Origin: an uncultured cyanobacterium
GTDB lineage: Bacteria > Cyanobacteriota > Cyanobacteriia > PCC-6307 > Cyanobiaceae
DNA: 64,000 bases
Direction: 5' to 3'
Assembly: GCA_963765575.1 (NCBI GenBank)
Contig: CAVXWZ010000011.1
Span: forward strand, 96,001 to 160,000
Numbering within the stretch: the first letter of the stretch is position 1; each line of letters begins with the position of its first letter. Positions 21,369 through 31,956 of the stretch are shown piece after piece. Made by a program: the position numbers and the translations under genes. The notes beneath the pieces are model-generated. The model saw only the letters and a program-made list of their open reading frames with translations, did no database searches and was not told the DNA's origin.

Positions 21369-23499
21369 ATGGTTGTCAGCGGCTCAGCAGCGTCCCCGGC
21401 CCAGGCTGGCCAGGCCGCGGCCCGCTCCTTTCCGCTGGCGGCGATCACCGGCCACGGCACCCTCAAGCTGGCCCTGCTGCTGGCGGCCGTGGACCCCGGC
21501 CTTGGCGGCGTGGTGATCGCCGGCGGCCGCGGCACCGGCAAGTCGGTGCTGGCCCGGGGCCTGCACGCCCTGCTGCCGCCCATCGACGTGCTCGATCTGG
21601 GCGGCGCGGCGGTGCAGGCCCTCAACGTGGATCCCCAGCGCCCCGACGACTGGAACGAGGCCGTGCGCGAGCGGCTGCAGCAGCTGGGCGCCGACCCCAG
21701 TGGCCGCGACACCCAGGCCCTGCTGCCCACCCGCGTGATCCCCGCCCCCTTCGTGCAGGTGCCGCTGGGCGTCACCGAAGACCGGCTGCTGGGCTCGGTG
21801 GATGTGGCCGCCTCCCTGGCCAGCGGCCAGGCGGTGTTCCAGCCGGGGCTGCTGGCCGAGGCCCACCGTGGCGTGGTGTACGTGGATGAGCTCAACCTGC
21901 TCGACGACGGCGTCACCAACCTGCTGCTGGCGGCGGTGGGCAGCGGCGAGAACCGCATCGAGCGCGAGGGCCTCAGCCTCGGCCCACCCCTGCCGCTGCC
22001 TGCTGATCGCCACCTTCAACCCCGAGGAGGGGGCGGTGCGCGACCACCTGCTCGATCGCTTCGCCATCTGCCTCAGTGCCAACCAGGCACTGGAGCTGGA
22101 GCAGCGGGTGGCCATCACCCGCTCCGCCCTCGACCATGCCGAGTCGGGCCAGGACTTCCGGGGCCGCTGGCAGGAGGAGACCGACGCCCTCGCCACCCAG
22201 CTGCTGCTGGCCCGCCAGTGGCTGCCCGATGTGCAGATCAGCCGCGAGCAGATCGCCTACCTGGTGACCGAGGCCCTGCGCGGCGGTGTGGAGGGCCACC
22301 GCTCCGAGCTCTACGCCGTGCGCGTGGCCCGCGCCCATGCCGCCCTCAGCGGCCGCGATCGCGTCGAGGCCGACGACCTGCAGGTGGCCGTGCGGCTGGT
22401 GATCGCCCCGCGGGCCCTGCCAGCTGCCGCCGCCCGATCCCGACCAGCCCCTGGAGCCGCCGCCGCCACCGCCGCCCCAGGGCGAGCAGCCGCCGGAGCA
22501 GCCGCCCGAACCCGACCAGAGCGAGCCGGAGCCCGAGGAGCGGACAGCGACCCCGAGCAGCCCGACCAGGAGGACGACACCCCGGAGGACCAGGCGCCCC
22601 CCTCGGTGCCGGAGGAGTTCATGCTCGATCCGGAGGCCGTGGCGATCGATCCTGAGCTGCTGCTGTTCGGGGCCGCCAAGGCCAAGAGCGGCGGCAGCGG
22701 CAGCCGGGCCGTGGTGTTCAGCGACTCCCGCGGCCGCTACGTCAAGCCGATGCTGCCCCGCGGCCCGGTGAAGCGCATCGCCGTCGACGCCACCCTGCGC
22801 GCCGCCGCCCCGTACCAGAAGAGCCGCCGCGAGCGCCAGCCCCACCGCAAGGTGGTGGTGGAGGACGGCGACCTGCGGGCCAAGCAGCTGCAGCGCAAGG
22901 CCGGTGCCCTGGTGATCTTCCTGGTGGATGCCAGCGGTTCGATGGCCCTCAACCGCATGCAGAGCGCCAAGGGTGCCGTGATCCGCCTGCTCACCGAGGC
23001 CTATGAAAACCGCGACGAAGTCGCCCTGATCCCCTTCCGCGGCGAGCAGGCCGAGGTGCTGCTGCCGCCCACCCGCTCGATCACCGCCGCCCGCCGGCGG
23101 CTGGAAGCGATGGCCTGCGGCGGCGGCTCACCCCTGGCCCACGGCCTCTCCCAGGCGGCGCGGGTGGGGGCCAACGCCCTGGCCACGGGCGACCTGGGCC
23201 AGGTGGTGGTGGTGGCGATCACCGATGGCCGCGGCAACGTGCCCCTGGGCCGCTCCCTGGGGCAGCCGGAGCTGGAGGGGGAGCAGCCGGTGGACCTCAA
23301 GGAGGAGGTGAAGCAGGTGGCCAGCCGCTACCGCGCCCTCGGCCTCAAGCTGCTGGTGATCGACACCGAGCGCAAGTTCATCGGCAGCGGCATGGGCAAG
23401 GAGCTGGCCGAGGCGGCCGGCGGCAAGTACGTGCAGCTGCCCAAGGCCAGCGATCAGGCCATCGCCGCCATCGCCATGGAGGCGATCAACGCGGTGTAA
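21369..23499 (+). CDS. chlD: Magnesium chelatase subunit D (apparent indels near 21983, 22420, 22540)
   Basis: Walker [18 protein letters not shown], acidic Pro-rich linker, vWA '[20 protein letters not shown]', ITDGRGN. Confidence 0.95.
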
Positions 23500-24520
23500 G
23501 CGGGGCAGCCCCTGCCCCTGGCGGTGACTCCGATTGGGCGTCTGTGGCCGTGCCGGTACCCGAGTCCTGGCCCGCCTCGCGTTCCGCCCGCTCCCGTGCC
23601 GCCCCGGTCTGAGCGGGGTAGAGCTCCTCGAAGAATTCGCCCAGCCCCACCGACAGGCTGCGCAGTCCGTTCATGAAGCCGGGGTCGCCGGTGAGTTTCT
23701 CCACGTCCCCCCCCACCGCCTGCCACTGGGCCGTGAGCCGCTCGGCATTGGCCACCGTCTGGCGCAGATCGGCGACCATCGTGGGGTCGTCGAGGCGGGT
23801 CATCAGCTGCCGTAGCTGGACGGAGCTGGCGTTGATGTTGGCGATGGTGGGTTGCACCCCTTGCACCGAACCCTCCAGGTCGCCTAACAGCGACTGACCC
23901 CGGCGCACGAGGCCACTGCCGTCCTGCACCAGAGCGCGGCTCTCGCGCAGGAAGACATCGGCCTGCTGGGCCGTGTCCTCCACGCTGCTAGCCACTCCGG
24001 CCATCTTGCTCAGCAATTCCTCCTGATCGGCCTGGCTCAGCAACTCGTAGAGCAGGGTGGTCACGGAGGCCAGGCTGGCCCCCTCATTGCCGCTGATGCT
24101 GGCGCCGTCGCAGAGCATGCGCTCGGGCACGCAGTCGCGGGAGCGGGGGCTGGGAGCGTCAGCGGGCAAAGTTTCGCCCTCGCTTTTGAGCACCACCTGG
24201 GCCTCCCCCCCCAGCAGCGACACCTGGCCGATCTCGGCCACCGCCGGCTGGGCCAGCCGGATGGATGGATTGGTGATCTCCAGCTGGGCAATCACCGCCT
24301 CCGGTGTGATTTCCACCGAGCGCACGCTGCCCACGATCACGCCACGGAACACCACCGGCGAGCGCACGGCCAGGCCGCTGGCCTCGTTGAAGCGCGCCTC
24401 CACCGTCCAGTACTGGCGGGTGATCGACAGCCCCCGCAGCCACAGCCCCAGGCCCACGGCACTGGTGATCGCGGCCAGCAGGGAGAAGCCCACGATCGCC
24501 TCACGCACGGAGCGGCGCAT
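23486..24520 (-). CDS. MlaD/MCE family protein (Ycf22/TGD2-like)
   Basis: [12 protein letters not shown] + TM, '[20 protein letters not shown]' MCE motif, helical tail. Confidence 0.88.
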   Translation of the reverse strand: MRRSVREAIVGFSLLAAITSAVGLGLWLRGLSITRQYWTVEARFNEASGLAVRSPVVFRGVIVGSVRSVEITPEAVIAQLEITNPSIRLAQPAVAEIGQVSLLGGEAQVVLKSEGETLPADAPSPRSRDCVPERMLCDGASISGNEGASLASVTTLLYELLSQADQEELLSKMAGVASSVEDTAQQADVFLRESRALVQDGSGLVRRGQSLLGDLEGSVQGVQPTIANINASSVQLRQLMTRLDDPTMVADLRQTVANAERLTAQWQAVGGDVEKLTGDPGFMNGLRSLSVGLGEFFEELYPAQTGAARERAEREAGQDSGTGTATDAQSESPPGAGAAPLTPR

Positions 24521-24523
24521 CGT

Positions 24524-25336
24524 TCAGGCCTCCGCCGGCTGGATGGGTCCGTGCAGACTACCGCTGCGGAACTGCACCACATAGGGATTGTCGGTGCTGC
24601 GGTAGCTCTGCAGATCCCCCTGCCAGCGAAAGCGGCCCTCGTAGAGCAGCACCACCCGCTGCGCGGTGCGCTCGATCGTGCTGTGCACGTGGCTCACGAT
24701 CACCGAGCTGGCACCGGCCAGGTCGGTGGTGCGCACGATCAGGTCTTCGATGCGCGTGCAGGCCACAGGATCGAGCCCTGCAGTGGGTTCGTCAAACAGC
24801 AGCAGCGGCATGCGATCGCTCGGCTGGCTGGGGTCCTGGATCAGGGCACGGGCGAAGCTCACCCGCTTCTGCATGCCGCCGCTGAGCTCGCCCGGCATCT
24901 GCTGCTCGATCCCCCCCAGCCCCACGGCCTCAAGGGCCTGGCGCACCCGTTCGCGGACCTCTCCCTTGCCGAGACGGCTGAAGCGGTAGAGCAGGAAACC
25001 CACGTTCTGCTCCACTGTGAGCGAGGCCAGCAGGGCGGGGTTCTGGAACACCAGCCGCACGTCCGGAGGCCGCTGCTGATCCAGGCGCAGGTAGCGCTGG
25101 GCGTCACCGTGCAGCAGCACGCTGCCCCGGCTGGGGAGCAGCAGTCCGGCCAACAGGCGCAGGATGGTGGATTTGCCCGACCCTGACGGTCCCACCACCA
25201 CGAGCTGTTCGCCCCGCTCCAGGCTGAGGTTCACCGCGTCGAGCACACGGTTTGACCCCCACTGCATGGTCACGTCTCGGAGCTCGGCCAGGGGGCTTGC
25301 CGGCTGGTTCAGGGCTGCAACCCGATGCCACCCCAT
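24524..25336 (-). CDS. ABC ATPase, MlaF/TGD3-like
   Basis: GPSGSGKS, ELSGGMQKRVSFARAL, LLFDEPTAGLDP; start uncertain (25267 or 25336). Confidence 0.9.
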   Translation of the reverse strand: MGWHRVAALNQPASPLAELRDVTMQWGSNRVLDAVNLSLERGEQLVVVGPSGSGKSTILRLLAGLLLPSRGSVLLHGDAQRYLRLDQQRPPDVRLVFQNPALLASLTVEQNVGFLLYRFSRLGKGEVRERVRQALEAVGLGGIEQQMPGELSGGMQKRVSFARALIQDPSQPSDRMPLLLFDEPTAGLDPVACTRIEDLIVRTTDLAGASSVIVSHVHSTIERTAQRVVLLYEGRFRWQGDLQSYRSTDNPYVVQFRSGSLHGPIQPAEA

Positions 25337-25390
25337 CCTGCCAGGACCGATGAGGGGGGTGGATGTCCTGCCTACAGTTTGGGCACGACG

Positions 25391-26884
25391 TTGCCAGTCC
25401 CCCCTCCCCGGTCCGGCCCACCCTTGCCTCCTTCCGCCTCGCCCCCCCCGCCGCGCCGGCTGCGACACCCGCGATCCCAGCCCGGCTGGGTGGGCAGAGG
25501 CGATCGCCGTCAGCGCGACCTGGTGAGCCGTTCGCGCCGGGCGGTGCGCTGGCTGCAGCCCGGTCTGGTGGTGAAGCGCTGGGTGGTCACCTCGGGCCTG
25601 GGCCTGCTGATCGCCCTGATCGGGGCCGCCGTGTGGGCCGATCTGCAGCCGATCTACTGGAGCCTGGCCGGCATCCAGTGGCTGCTGCAGAGCATCACCC
25701 GGGTGCTGCCCCGGGAGATCACCGGTCCGCTGGTGCTCGCCATTGGTGCGGCGCTGATCTGGCTGGGTCAGAGCCGCAGCTTCGGCTCGATTCAAAAGGC
25801 TCTGGCTCCCGATCGCGACACCCTGCTGGTGGATGCACTCGCCGCCCAGGGCCGGCTCAACCGTGGCCCCAACATCGTGGCCATCGGCGGTGGCACGGGC
25901 CTCTCCACCCTGCTCAGCGGCCTCAAGCGCTACAGCTCCAACATCACCGCCATCGTCACCGTGGCTGATGACGGCGGCAGCAGCGGCGTGCTGCGCCGCG
26001 AGCTGGGGGTGCAGCCCCCCGGCGACATCCGCAACTGCCTGGCGGCCCTGGCCCGGGAGGAGCCACTGCTCACCCGCCTGTTCCAATACCGCTTCCCGGC
26101 CGGCACCGGCCTGGAGGGCCACAGCTTCGGCAACCTCTTTCTCACCTCGCTCTCCGCCATCACCGGCAGCCTGGAGGCGGCGATCACCGCCTCCAGCCGG
26201 GTGCTGGCGGTGCAGGGCCAGGTGGTGCCGGCCACCACCGCCGATGTGCGCCTCTGGGCCGAGCTCGAGAACGGGGAGCGCATCGAGGGGGAATCGCGCA
26301 TCAGCCGGGCCCCCAGCCCGATCGTCCGCCTCGGCTGCCTGCCGGAGCGGCCACCGGCGTTGCCGCGGGCGATCGAGGCCATCGCCCACGCCGACCTGAT
26401 CCTGCTCGGGCCTGGCAGCCTCTACACCTCGCTGCTGCCCAACCTGCTGGTGCCCGAACTGGTGGAGGCCATCGCCCGCAGCAAGGCGCCGCGGCTGTAC
26501 GTCTGCAACCTGATGACCCAACCGGGGGAAACCGACGGCCTGGACGTCTCAGGCCACCTGCGGGCGATCGAAGCCCAGCTGGCCAGCCTGGGGGTGGAGA
26601 AGCGCCTGTTCACGGCGGTGCTGGCCCAGGAGGCCCTGCCCCACACCGAGCTCCTCGATCAGTACCGCCGCAAGGGTGCTCAGCCGGTCAGCTGCGACGC
26701 CCGCGCTCTGCGCCGCCAGGGCTATGCGGTGATGGAGGCACCCCTGAACGGGGGCCGGCCCATGACCTCCCTGCGCCACGACCCCCGCAGCCTGGCGCTG
26801 GCGGTGATGCGCTTCTACCGCAACACCCGCAACCGCCAGGCGCCCGTCTGGCCGGTGGCCGAGGCAGATCAGCACGATCCCTAG
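25391..26884 (+). CDS. YvcK/UPF0052 (CofD-like) gluconeogenesis factor with N-terminal TMs
   Basis: IGGGTGLSTLLSGLK, VTVADDGGSSG, PPGDIRNC, GHSFGNL, GPGSLYTS; start uncertain. Confidence 0.9.
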   Translation: MPVPPPRSGPPLPPSASPPPPRRLRHPRSQPGWVGRGDRRQRDLVSRSRRAVRWLQPGLVVKRWVVTSGLGLLIALIGAAVWADLQPIYWSLAGIQWLLQSITRVLPREITGPLVLAIGAALIWLGQSRSFGSIQKALAPDRDTLLVDALAAQGRLNRGPNIVAIGGGTGLSTLLSGLKRYSSNITAIVTVADDGGSSGVLRRELGVQPPGDIRNCLAALAREEPLLTRLFQYRFPAGTGLEGHSFGNLFLTSLSAITGSLEAAITASSRVLAVQGQVVPATTADVRLWAELENGERIEGESRISRAPSPIVRLGCLPERPPALPRAIEAIAHADLILLGPGSLYTSLLPNLLVPELVEAIARSKAPRLYVCNLMTQPGETDGLDVSGHLRAIEAQLASLGVEKRLFTAVLAQEALPHTELLDQYRRKGAQPVSCDARALRRQGYAVMEAPLNGGRPMTSLRHDPRSLALAVMRFYRNTRNRQAPVWPVAEADQHDP

Positions 26885-26897
26885 GCCCAAGCGCCGA

Positions 26898-27485
26898 TCA
26901 GTAGGCGTCCTGCATCTCGTAGAAGTCGGGCTGGACGTAGTCCTTGCGCAGCGGCCAACCTTTCCAGTCCTCGGGCATCAGCAGGCGCTTGGGATGGGGA
27001 TGGCCCTCAAAGTGAATGCCGAACATGTCGAAGGTTTCGCGCTCCTGCCAGTCGGCGCCTCGGAACAGGCCGTAGAGGGTGGGGATGGTGAGGTCGCCGT
27101 CGCGCTCCAGGAACACCTTCAGGCGCACCTCCTGCGGTTTGACCTCGGCCCCGAGATGGGGCACGCCGGCACTCAGATCGGCCAGAACCCCGAGTTTGAC
27201 GAGGTGATAGAAGCTCACCAGCCGTCCCCCGGGGCCCTCGTCATAGCCGCCCTGGCATTGCAGGTAGTCGAAACCGTCGGCCTTGAGGGCTGTGGCCAGC
27301 AGGGGCAGGAACGCCGGCTCGACGCCGATCACTTCCACCCCCAGGTGGTCGCTCGGCAGCACCTGGTGCTCGAAGCCCTGGCCGCTCAGCCACTGGCTCA
27401 CCGCACCGGCAACGGTGGTGGGCGTGGCTTCGGCAGCGGCGGCGGGGGTGGCTGCGGCAGCCGGGGTGGGGGTGTCCTCAGGCAT
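26898..27485 (-). CDS. ndhJ: NDH-1 subunit J
   Basis: [39 protein letters not shown]. Confidence 0.96.
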   Translation of the reverse strand: MPEDTPTPAAAATPAAAAEATPTTVAGAVSQWLSGQGFEHQVLPSDHLGVEVIGVEPAFLPLLATALKADGFDYLQCQGGYDEGPGGRLVSFYHLVKLGVLADLSAGVPHLGAEVKPQEVRLKVFLERDGDLTIPTLYGLFRGADWQERETFDMFGIHFEGHPHPKRLLMPEDWKGWPLRKDYVQPDFYEMQDAY

Positions 27486-27489
27486 CGAT

Positions 27490-28314
27490 TCAGGTGCGGG
27501 GGGTGGCTGCGGACGAAGTGCCAGCGGGGTCGGGTGCCACCGCCATCTCGGCCTGGGTGATCTCCCCCTCGGCCGCCAGGGCGCCAAGGGGGAGGCCGGC
27601 GGCGGCGGCCAGGGCGGCCTGCTGGGTTTCAGCGCGCAGATAGCGGCCGTTGACGAGCGGTTCGACGGGCACCAACCGGTGCGGCACGGTGCAATAACGG
27701 TGGGTGGGCAGCAGGTTGCCGCGTTCGGCCAGGGCCTCGTTGCCCACCTTCTTGCGCAGCTTGATCACCGCGTCGAAGATCGCCTCCGGCCGCGGCGGGC
27801 AGCCGGGCAGGTAGAGATCCACCGGAATCAGCTTGTCCACGCCGCGCACGGCGGTGGTGGAGTCGGCACTGAACATGCCGCCGGTGATCGTGCAGGCGCC
27901 CATGGCGATCACGTACTTCGGCTCGGGCATCTGCTCGTAGAGGCGCACCAGGGCCGGGGCCATCTTCATCGTGACGGTGCCGGCGATGATCAGCAGATCC
28001 GCCTGGCGAGGGCTGGAGCGGGGCACCAGGCCGAAACGGTCGAAGTCGAACCGGGAGCCGAGCAGGGCGGCGAATTCGATGAAGCAGCAGGCCGTGCCGT
28101 AGAGCAAGGGCCAGAGGCTGCTCAGCCGCGCCCAGTTGTGGATGTCATCGAGGGTCGTGAGGATCACGTTCTCGGAGAGATCCGAGGTCACGGTGGGGGA
28201 ACCCACCGGTCCGCAGCTGGCGGCCCGCAGGTCTTTGAGCGCCTGGATCGAGGGCGCCTCCCCCAGGCCGGGGCTGCCCAGGGTGGCGTTGGCAGGTGGG
28301 GTGGGGGGGGTCAT
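27490..28314 (-). CDS. ndhK: NDH-1 subunit K
   Basis: [36 protein letters not shown]. Confidence 0.97.
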   Translation of the reverse strand: MTPPTPPANATLGSPGLGEAPSIQALKDLRAASCGPVGSPTVTSDLSENVILTTLDDIHNWARLSSLWPLLYGTACCFIEFAALLGSRFDFDRFGLVPRSSPRQADLLIIAGTVTMKMAPALVRLYEQMPEPKYVIAMGACTITGGMFSADSTTAVRGVDKLIPVDLYLPGCPPRPEAIFDAVIKLRKKVGNEALAERGNLLPTHRYCTVPHRLVPVEPLVNGRYLRAETQQAALAAAAGLPLGALAAEGEITQAEMAVAPDPAGTSSAATPRT

Positions 28315-28386
28315 GGATTCGACGGGGCGAGGTGCTCGGCGGATCTGAGAGGACGCCGGATCGGGGGGGATCGGCTCAGGCCGGTA

Positions 28387-28749
28387 TCAGCTCCATTCCA
28401 GCGCGCCTTTGCGCCAGGCGTAGGCCAGGGCCACCACCAGGATGGCAATGAACACCAGGGCCTCGATGAAGGCCAGCAGCCCGAGCCGGTGAAAGGCCAC
28501 TGCCCAGGGGTAGAGGAACACCGTTTCCACGTCGAAGATCACGAAGACCAGGGCGAACATGTAATAACGAATGTTGAACTGAATCCAGGCACCGCCAATG
28601 GGCTCCATGCCGGATTCATAGGTGAGCTGCCGCTCACCGGCCCGGCTTTTCGGCGCCAGCAGCTTGTTGGCCACGATTGCCAGCACGGGCACGGCCGCCG
28701 AGATCAGCAGAAAGCCGAGGAAGGCGTCGTAGCCGGAGAGCACGAACAT
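28387..28749 (-). CDS. ndhC: NDH-1 subunit C
   Basis: [32 protein letters not shown]. Confidence 0.97.
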   Translation of the reverse strand: MFVLSGYDAFLGFLLISAAVPVLAIVANKLLAPKSRAGERQLTYESGMEPIGGAWIQFNIRYYMFALVFVIFDVETVFLYPWAVAFHRLGLLAFIEALVFIAILVVALAYAWRKGALEWS

Positions 28750-28822
28750 CGGGCGGCCCAAGTTGGGCGGCAGTCTGGCACCTGCGGCGATCACTAGAGT
28801 CGTTGGGCCTGGCCTGATCCCG

Positions 28823-29293
28823 GTGACCGACGAGACGACCGCCGACAGCTCCCGCCCCGGGACGAGCCCACCGCTCGACCAGCAGCTCGATCCGGCGCCT
28901 GACCCGTCGCCCGGCCAGGCGCCCGACCCGTTGGCCGCCCAGCCTGGCGATGCCGCGGGTGCCGCCGAAGCCGACGATCCCGCCAGCCACCGCTTCGAGT
29001 GCCGCAGCTGCGGCTACGTCTACGACCCTGCCGAGGGCGTCAAAAAGGTGGGGATCAAGCCGGGGACTCCGTTCCTGGAGCTCGATCCAGCCGGCTTCCG
29101 CTGCCCGGTGTGCCGCAGCCGCATCGCCGCCTTCAACGACATCGGTCCCCGCAGCAAGCCCAGTGGCTTCGAGGAGAACCTCAACTTCGGTCTGGGGGTG
29201 AACCGGCTCACCCCGGGCCAGAAGAATGTGCTGATCTTCGGCGCCTTCGCCCTGGCGGTCGCCTTCTTCCTGTCCCTCTACTCCCTGCGTTGA
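28823..29293 (+). CDS. rubA: Membrane-anchored rubredoxin RubA
   Basis: [10 protein letters not shown]...CPVC, C-terminal TM. Confidence 0.93.
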   Translation: MTDETTADSSRPGTSPPLDQQLDPAPDPSPGQAPDPLAAQPGDAAGAAEADDPASHRFECRSCGYVYDPAEGVKKVGIKPGTPFLELDPAGFRCPVCRSRIAAFNDIGPRSKPSGFEENLNFGLGVNRLTPGQKNVLIFGAFALAVAFFLSLYSLR

Positions 29294-30312
29294 TGAAGCC
29301 TGCCCTCCTCGCGTCCCTGCGGCGGCGGCTCTCGCCCCTGTTCAGCCTGGTGTTGGTGATCGGCCTGGGCTTCGCCCTCGGCGGTTGCGTCACCACCGGC
29401 CTGCCGGTGGCCGACACCAGCCCCTGGCAGCCGGTGCCCCTGGACACCCGCTCCAATCCCCTGGCCGTGGCTTTCTCCGATGACAGCCACGGCTTCCTCG
29501 TGGGCAGCAATCGGTTGATCCTGGAGACCAACGACGGCGGTGCCCACTGGGAGGAGCGCGCCCTCGACTTGCCCGAGGAGGAGAACTTCCGGCTGATCAG
29601 CATCGACTTCGATGGCCAGGAGGGCTGGATCGCCGGCCAACCAGGACTGCTTCTGCACAGCACCGATGCCGGCAGCAACTGGAGCCGGCTGTTCCTGGAC
29701 ACCAAACTGCCTGGCGAGCCTTACCTGATTACGGCCCTGGGCCGCAGCAGGGCGGAACTGGCCACCACTGTCGGCGCCGTCTACGAGACCGCCGACGGGG
29801 GCAACAGCTGGCAGGCGCGGGTGGAGGACGCCGCCGGTTCCGTGCGCGAGCTGCGCCGCAACCCCGAGGGCCGCTACGTGAGCGTGAGCAGCCTGGGCAA
29901 CTTCTTCTCCACCTGGGACCCGGGTCAGCCCACCTGGCAGGTGCACCAGCGCGTCAGCAGCCAGCGGCTGCAGTCGATGGGCTTCCAGCCCGACGGGGCG
30001 CTGTGGATGCTGGCCCGCGGCGCCCAGTTGCGCTTCGGCCCTGAGGTGGGTGAACCCGAAACCTGGGGCAAGGCGATCATCCCGATCACCAACGGCTACG
30101 GCTACCTCGATCTGGCCTGGGATCCCAAGGGCACCATCTGGACCGGGGGCGGCAGCGGCACCCTGCTGGCCAGCGACGACGGCGGCAGCAGCTGGCGCCG
30201 GGATCCGGTGGGGGAGCAGGAGCCCTCCAACTTCACCCGCCTGGTGTTCACCCGCGACGGCAAGGGCTTTGTGCTCGGTGAGCGCGGTTCGCTGCTGCGC
30301 TGGGTGGGCTGA
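29293..30312 (+). CDS. ycf48: PSII assembly factor Ycf48/Hcf136
   Basis: BNR repeats (TNDGGAHW, STDAGSNW, TADGGNSW), VSSLGNFF; lies before psbE. Confidence 0.95.
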   Translation: MKPALLASLRRRLSPLFSLVLVIGLGFALGGCVTTGLPVADTSPWQPVPLDTRSNPLAVAFSDDSHGFLVGSNRLILETNDGGAHWEERALDLPEEENFRLISIDFDGQEGWIAGQPGLLLHSTDAGSNWSRLFLDTKLPGEPYLITALGRSRAELATTVGAVYETADGGNSWQARVEDAAGSVRELRRNPEGRYVSVSSLGNFFSTWDPGQPTWQVHQRVSSQRLQSMGFQPDGALWMLARGAQLRFGPEVGEPETWGKAIIPITNGYGYLDLAWDPKGTIWTGGGSGTLLASDDGGSSWRRDPVGEQEPSNFTRLVFTRDGKGFVLGERGSLLRWVG

Positions 30313-30410
30313 GCCGGGGCGCTCCCGCCAACTTCTGTAACCATGGCCCGTCCCTGCTCCCGAGCCCTCAGGGCCTGCCCCTAGGATTCGACAGCTGAAC
30401 GCTTGTTGCC

Positions 30411-30659
30411 ATGGCTGCCGGCTCCACAGGAGAACGCCCGTTCTTCGAAATCATCACCAGCATTCGTTACTGGGTGATCCACGCGGTCACACTGCCCGCG
30501 ATCTTCCTCGCTGGATTCCTGTTCGTCTCCACCGGTCTGGCCTACGACGCCTTCGGTACCCCCCGTCCTGACGCCTATTTCCAGGCCCAGGAAAGCAAGG
30601 CCCCCGTGGTCAGTGAGCGCTACGAGGGCAGGAGTCAGCTTGACCTGCGCCTGCAATAA
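30411..30659 (+). CDS. psbE: Cytochrome b559 alpha
   Basis: [22 protein letters not shown]. Confidence 0.98.
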   Translation: MAAGSTGERPFFEIITSIRYWVIHAVTLPAIFLAGFLFVSTGLAYDAFGTPRPDAYFQAQESKAPVVSERYEGRSQLDLRLQ

Positions 30660-30662
30660 CCC

Positions 30663-30800
30663 ATGACCCAGTCCCCCGTCTCCACCACTCCGCGCAACTA
30701 CCCGATTTTCACGGTGCGCTGGCTCTCGGTTCACGCCCTCGGCATCCCCACGGTGTTCTTCCTGGGGGCCCTGGCGGCGATGCAATTCGTCCGCCGCTAA
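30663..30800 (+). CDS. psbF: Cytochrome b559 beta
   Basis: Translated by hand: [45 protein letters not shown]. Confidence 0.98.
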   Translation: MTQSPVSTTPRNYPIFTVRWLSVHALGIPTVFFLGALAAMQFVRR

Positions 30801-30830
30801 ACATCCACCGCTGAACGCCACCCCAACGTC

Positions 30831-30956
30831 ATGGGTCTGCAACGCAACACCAACCCCAACAACCTGCCGGTTGAGCTGAACCGCACGAGCCTTTACCTGG
30901 GCCTGCTGCTGGTGTTCGTCACCGGCGTGCTCTTCACCAGCTACTTCTTCAACTGA
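30831..30956 (+). CDS. psbL: PSII protein L
   Basis: Translated by hand: ...[34 protein letters not shown]. Confidence 0.97.
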   Translation: MGLQRNTNPNNLPVELNRTSLYLGLLLVFVTGVLFTSYFFN

Positions 30957-30972
30957 CTCAGGAGCCCATCCG

Positions 30973-31173
30973 ATGAGCGGCAAGAAATCCACCCTGCCTG
31001 ACGGCCGCATCCCTGATCGGCTGCCCGATGGTCGTCCGGCCGTGGCCTGGCGCTCCCGCTGGACCGAGGGCGTTCTGCCCCTCTGGCTGGTCGCGACCGC
31101 CGGCGGCATGGCCGTGATCTTCGTGGTCGGCCTGTTCTTCTATGGCTCCTATGCCGGCGTGGGTTCCGCCTGA
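30973..31173 (+). CDS. psbJ: PSII protein J (picocyanobacterial long form)
   Basis: [12 protein letters not shown]...[14 protein letters not shown]. Confidence 0.97.
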   Translation: MSGKKSTLPDGRIPDRLPDGRPAVAWRSRWTEGVLPLWLVATAGGMAVIFVVGLFFYGSYAGVGSA

Positions 31174-31248
31174 GTCCGGCGCCAGTGCTGAAGCCTGGAC
31201 ACGCCTGAATCCAAGCTGCTGCCCGCGGCGGTTTCAGGCCATCAGCCT

Positions 31249-31956
31249 GTGAAGAAGCGCAACCTGCTGCAAAACCCTGTCCTCTCCTGGCTGGCGGGCG
31301 CTCTCCTCTATGCCTACGGGCAGCTGGTGATGGGCACCTCCGCCATCCGGGTGTGGGCGAATCCAGAGACCGAAGCCCTGGTGCTGCAGCGGCAGGTGCC
31401 GGTGATCTACGTCCTCTGGCACTGCCACGTTTTTTTTCTGCCGTTGTTGGGCAGCCATGCCCGCCGGCGGCTGGCGGTGCTGCTCAGCAGCCATCGCGAT
31501 GCGCGCATCGTGGGGGTTGCGGCTCGGCTGCGCGGGGTGGAGCTGGTGGAGGGTTCCTCCACCCGCGGCGGCCTGACGGCCTACCGCAACCTGTTGCAGC
31601 GCCTGCGCCGGGGGCAGTCGGTGTGCATCACCCCTGACGGCCCCCGGGGGCCGGCGAAGGAGGTGAAGGCGGGGGTGCTGCACCTGGCCTGGCTCTCTGG
31701 CTGCGCCGTGGTGCCGGTGGGTCTGGCGCTCAGCCGCCGGCGGCGCCTGGGCTCCTGGGACCGCTCCGTGCTGCCCCTGCCCTTCGGCCGGGTCGTGCTG
31801 GCCCTGGGCGCCCCTGTCTACGTGGCCGCGGCTGGCGCTGGCGAACCGCGGCGCCGGGGTGACAGCCGTTTCCCCCACCAGGCCGACACCCTGGCGGCGG
31901 CCCTGGATGCCACCAGTGGCGAGGCGGCCCTGCGGCTGCACCGGGGCCGCCCCTGA
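31249..31956 (+). CDS. DUF374 lysophospholipid acyltransferase family (LpxJ-like lipid A secondary acyltransferase)
   Basis: YVLWH, LLSSHRDARIV, GSSTRGG, ITPDGPRGP, GSWDRSVLPLPFGR. Confidence 0.85.
   Translation: MKKRNLLQNPVLSWLAGALLYAYGQLVMGTSAIRVWANPETEALVLQRQVPVIYVLWHCHVFFLPLLGSHARRRLAVLLSSHRDARIVGVAARLRGVELVEGSSTRGGLTAYRNLLQRLRRGQSVCITPDGPRGPAKEVKAGVLHLAWLSGCAVVPVGLALSRRRRLGSWDRSVLPLPFGRVVLALGAPVYVAAAGAGEPRRRGDSRFPHQADTLAAALDATSGEAALRLHRGRP

Noticed and set aside
22420..22600. Pro/Glu-rich low-complexity repeat
   Set aside because: Normal acidic proline-rich linker of ChlD.
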